The notes under the pieces are model-generated. The model had not been told where the DNA came from. It saw only the letters and a program-made list of their open reading frames with translations, and ran no database searches. This document shows, piece by piece, positions 26,259-28,015 of a stretch of 28,015 nt of DNA. Position 1 is the stretch's first letter. Every line of letters starts with the position of its first letter. Origin of the DNA: a virus (Duplodnaviria > Caudoviricetes). The stretch spans positions 1-28,015 of IMG/VR virus record IMGVR_UViG_3300033493_000013. One strand, written 5' to 3'. The translations under genes and the position numbers were made by a program.

Positions 26259-27164
26259 GTGAAAACTCATCGTTTTTGGGTGATGTGGGTGGCGGCATTG
26301 GGCGTGCTGGGCTGGTTTTGGGCAACAGATCCCGATGGCGGCGCCCAGCTTGCTGTGCAGATGCAGGCGCTGCTGTGGGCCACGGTGGCGACCGGGCCGG
26401 TGTACGTGATTCGCCGGGCGCTCATGGACAGGGTGCGCAGCTTCGAGGCGGCTCGGCGGGCGATGGAGAATCCAATCGGCGCTGGGTTGGTTTTTCTTGG
26501 CCTGTGCATTCTGACCGGGATGCTATTCGTTTCGCTCTCTGCCCGAGCGGCGCCGCTGCCGGCGGGCGCGGTGCGATACCTGCCGACATTGCAGGCCGAG
26601 ATTGAGGCACGGTGGCCGACGCTGGCCATGCCTTCGGTACTGGCCGCCCAGGTGGAGCAGGAGAGCGGCTGGAAGGTGACGGCCACACTCAAGACCAGCC
26701 GGGAAGAGGGTGCAGGCCTAGGCCAGTTCACCCGTGCATACCGGGCGAATGGCGCGCTGCGCTTCGATGCGCTGGCCGAGACGCGGGCGCTGGACCCTTC
26801 ACTGGCGGGCTGGACCTGGGCCAACCGCTTCGATCCGGTCTACCAGTTGCGCGGTGTGGTGGCGAAAAACCGTGCCACCTTCAAACGCCTGCGCCCGCTG
26901 CTGGATGACGACTACAACGCCCTGGCCATGATGGACGCAGCCTACAATGGCGGGTTTGGTGGGGTGCTGGCCGAGCGGCGGCTGTGCGCGCAGGTTGCCG
27001 GCTGCGACCCGGACCGCTGGTTCGGTCACGTCGAGCGTCACAGCCAAAAGAGCCGGGCCCGCTGGCACGGCTATGGGCTGTCCGCTTTCGAAATCAACCG
27101 CCAGCACGTGCGCAACGTGATGGTGGTACGGCGGCCGAAGTATGTGGCGGCGATGGGGGCGTAG
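26259..27164 (+). CDS. Endolysin: SLT-type lytic transglycosylase fused to a 3-TM holin-like N-terminal domain
   Basis: AAQVEQES (catalytic Glu135), GAGLGQFT, AAYNGG; three hydrophobic segments in residues ~6-93. Confidence 0.88.
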   Translation: MKTHRFWVMWVAALGVLGWFWATDPDGGAQLAVQMQALLWATVATGPVYVIRRALMDRVRSFEAARRAMENPIGAGLVFLGLCILTGMLFVSLSARAAPLPAGAVRYLPTLQAEIEARWPTLAMPSVLAAQVEQESGWKVTATLKTSREEGAGLGQFTRAYRANGALRFDALAETRALDPSLAGWTWANRFDPVYQLRGVVAKNRATFKRLRPLLDDDYNALAMMDAAYNGGFGGVLAERRLCAQVAGCDPDRWFGHVERHSQKSRARWHGYGLSAFEINRQHVRNVMVVRRPKYVAAMGA

Positions 27165-27165
27165 C

Positions 27166-27777
27166 ATGGCAGGCGCGCGCGGGGTCACTATCAAGCTGCG
27201 CTGGCTGCTGCTGGCCCTGCTGTTGGCCGTGCTTGCTGGCGCAGGCCTTGCGCGGTGGGCATCCACACCGGCGACCAGGATGGAAACCGCCGCCCCGGCC
27301 GAGCGCCAGGCCGATGGTTCGCTCAAGCTCGAGCGCCGGCCCGACCCAGCCGCGAAGCCGGCGCAGCATGTCCCGCGCGGCGCGAAGGTCGAGCGCATCG
27401 CCAAGGTGACCGTGCAGCCCACCCGGCCCGCGGCCGAGGCCGGCAAGCCGTGCCCCCCCGTTACCATCGACATGACCCTCATCCGCGAGCCAGACGGCGG
27501 CCGGCGCGTGCTGGCCAGCAGCCCGGATGGCCAGGTCGTCGGCGGCCTCGACGTGCCGGTCGAGCCGATCATATTGCCGGCGCCGGCAAAGAGATGGGCC
27601 GCCGGTCTGTCGATCGAGCCGGTGCACCAGACCTGGGGCGCGTGGGTCGACCGCGACATCGAGATCCCGCTGGTCAACCTGGCCGCCCGGGTCGGCGTGG
27701 AGGTCAATCAGACTCGGGCGCTGGCGTATGTGGGCAGCGGCATCGAGATGCGCATAAATTTCGGGGTGGCGTTTTAG
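27166..27777 (+). CDS. Membrane-anchored protein with C-terminal amphipathic beta-strands (spanin-position gene)
   Basis: N-terminal KLRWLLLALLLAVLAGAGLARW, Pro-rich middle, C-terminus ...IEMRINFGVAF. Confidence 0.8.
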   Translation: MAGARGVTIKLRWLLLALLLAVLAGAGLARWASTPATRMETAAPAERQADGSLKLERRPDPAAKPAQHVPRGAKVERIAKVTVQPTRPAAEAGKPCPPVTIDMTLIREPDGGRRVLASSPDGQVVGGLDVPVEPIILPAPAKRWAAGLSIEPVHQTWGAWVDRDIEIPLVNLAARVGVEVNQTRALAYVGSGIEMRINFGVAF

Positions 27778-27853
27778 GGGCCTTTCTAATCACCTGCCGC
27801 AAACCCGCGTATAATCGGACTGCATAATCATTTTTTTGATTAGATAAATTCGG

Positions 27854-27874
27854 GCTAAGTTATTGTAACTTAGC
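27854..27874. promoter_or_regulatory. Perfect 9-bp inverted repeat with IHF-site-like sequence beside the att core
   Basis: GCTAAGTTA-TTG-TAACTTAGC; the minus strand reads TACAATAACTTA, near WATCAANNNNTTR. Confidence 0.45.
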
Positions 27875-27888
27875 GTTTTTGAATCTGT

Positions 27889-27933
27889 ATGGGGTGCAGG
27901 GGGTCGGAAGTTCGAATCTTCTCGCCCCGACCA
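27889..27933 (+). other. att core = 3' half of tRNA-Pro(GGG) (partial tRNA, not a full gene)
   Basis: ATGGGGTGCAGGGGGTCGGAAGTTCGAATCTTCTCGCCCCGACCA: anticodon loop, T-arm GTTCGAAT, acceptor 3' strand and CCA; no 5' acceptor strand or D-arm upstream. Confidence 0.85.
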
Positions 27934-27937
27934 TTTG

Positions 27938-27964
27938 GCGCGGCTTTCCGGGGGTCGCGTTTTT
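27938..27964 (+). terminator. Possible terminator after the tRNA fragment
   Basis: GCGCGGCTT...GGGTCGCGT stem with several G-U pairs, followed by TTTT. Confidence 0.35.
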
Positions 27965-28015
27965 AAAAGTTTCTAATCAATCCCGGTTTTTCTAATCACT
28001 TGCCGTTTTTGGCGC

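Larger units (their letters stand above)
27783..28005. repeat. Integrase arm-type direct repeats TTTCTAATCA flanking the att core
   Basis: Copies at 27783, 27970, 27989; first and third extend to TTTCTAATCAC(C/T)TGCCG (16/17 identical). Confidence 0.65.
1..28015 (+). mobile_element. Temperate lambdoid siphophage genome segment (cro to att); cI and integrase lie outside the window
   Basis: Continuous, co-oriented replication, packaging, head, tail and lysis modules with cos and tRNA att. Confidence 0.95.

Noticed and set aside
26984-27827. Nested Rz1-like lipoprotein in alternative frames (26984-27409, 27255-27827, 27527-27757)
   Set aside because: None has a hydrophobic signal followed by a lipobox Cys; the Cys run in 26984-27409 is the off-frame reading of the Leu codons.
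27860-27933. Complete tRNA-Pro gene
   Set aside because: No 5' acceptor strand (CGGGGCG expected) or D-arm upstream of the anticodon arm; only the 3' half is present, so it is called as the att core.
1-28015. Gene transfer agent rather than phage (GTA-type tail tip)
   Set aside because: Replication origin, cos, Cro/CII and an att site indicate an autonomous temperate phage.

Overview
The window is one continuous, GC-rich temperate siphophage segment, almost all on the + strand (proteobacterial host, probably Betaproteobacteria; inference). Gene order: Cro/YdaS, an antisense orphan gene, CII, O-like initiator with iterons, P-like protein, displaced gpZ-like gene, lambda-type cos, Nu1/GpA terminase, Mor-like activator, small orphan, gpW-like, lambda-family portal, protease-capsid fusion, neck/tail genes with a GGGAAAG -1 frameshift, tape measure, GTA-type tail tip (DUF2460, DUF2163, NlpC/P60, megatron/J-like), fibres, lysis cassette, and an att site in the 3' half of tRNA-Pro(GGG). 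Two parts are the most unusual. (1) The lysis cassette has no recognisable Rz/Rz1. It encodes a 3-TM membrane domain fused to a lytic transglycosylase, a Cys-rich microprotein, and a protein with an N-terminal membrane anchor plus four C-terminal amphipathic beta-strands ending in Phe (candidate beta-barrel-anchored spanin substitute). (2) There is no Q/nin region; a Mor-like gene sits after the terminase, with two identically spaced candidate leaderless late promoters downstream. All family assignments come from motif recognition and gene order, not database searches.
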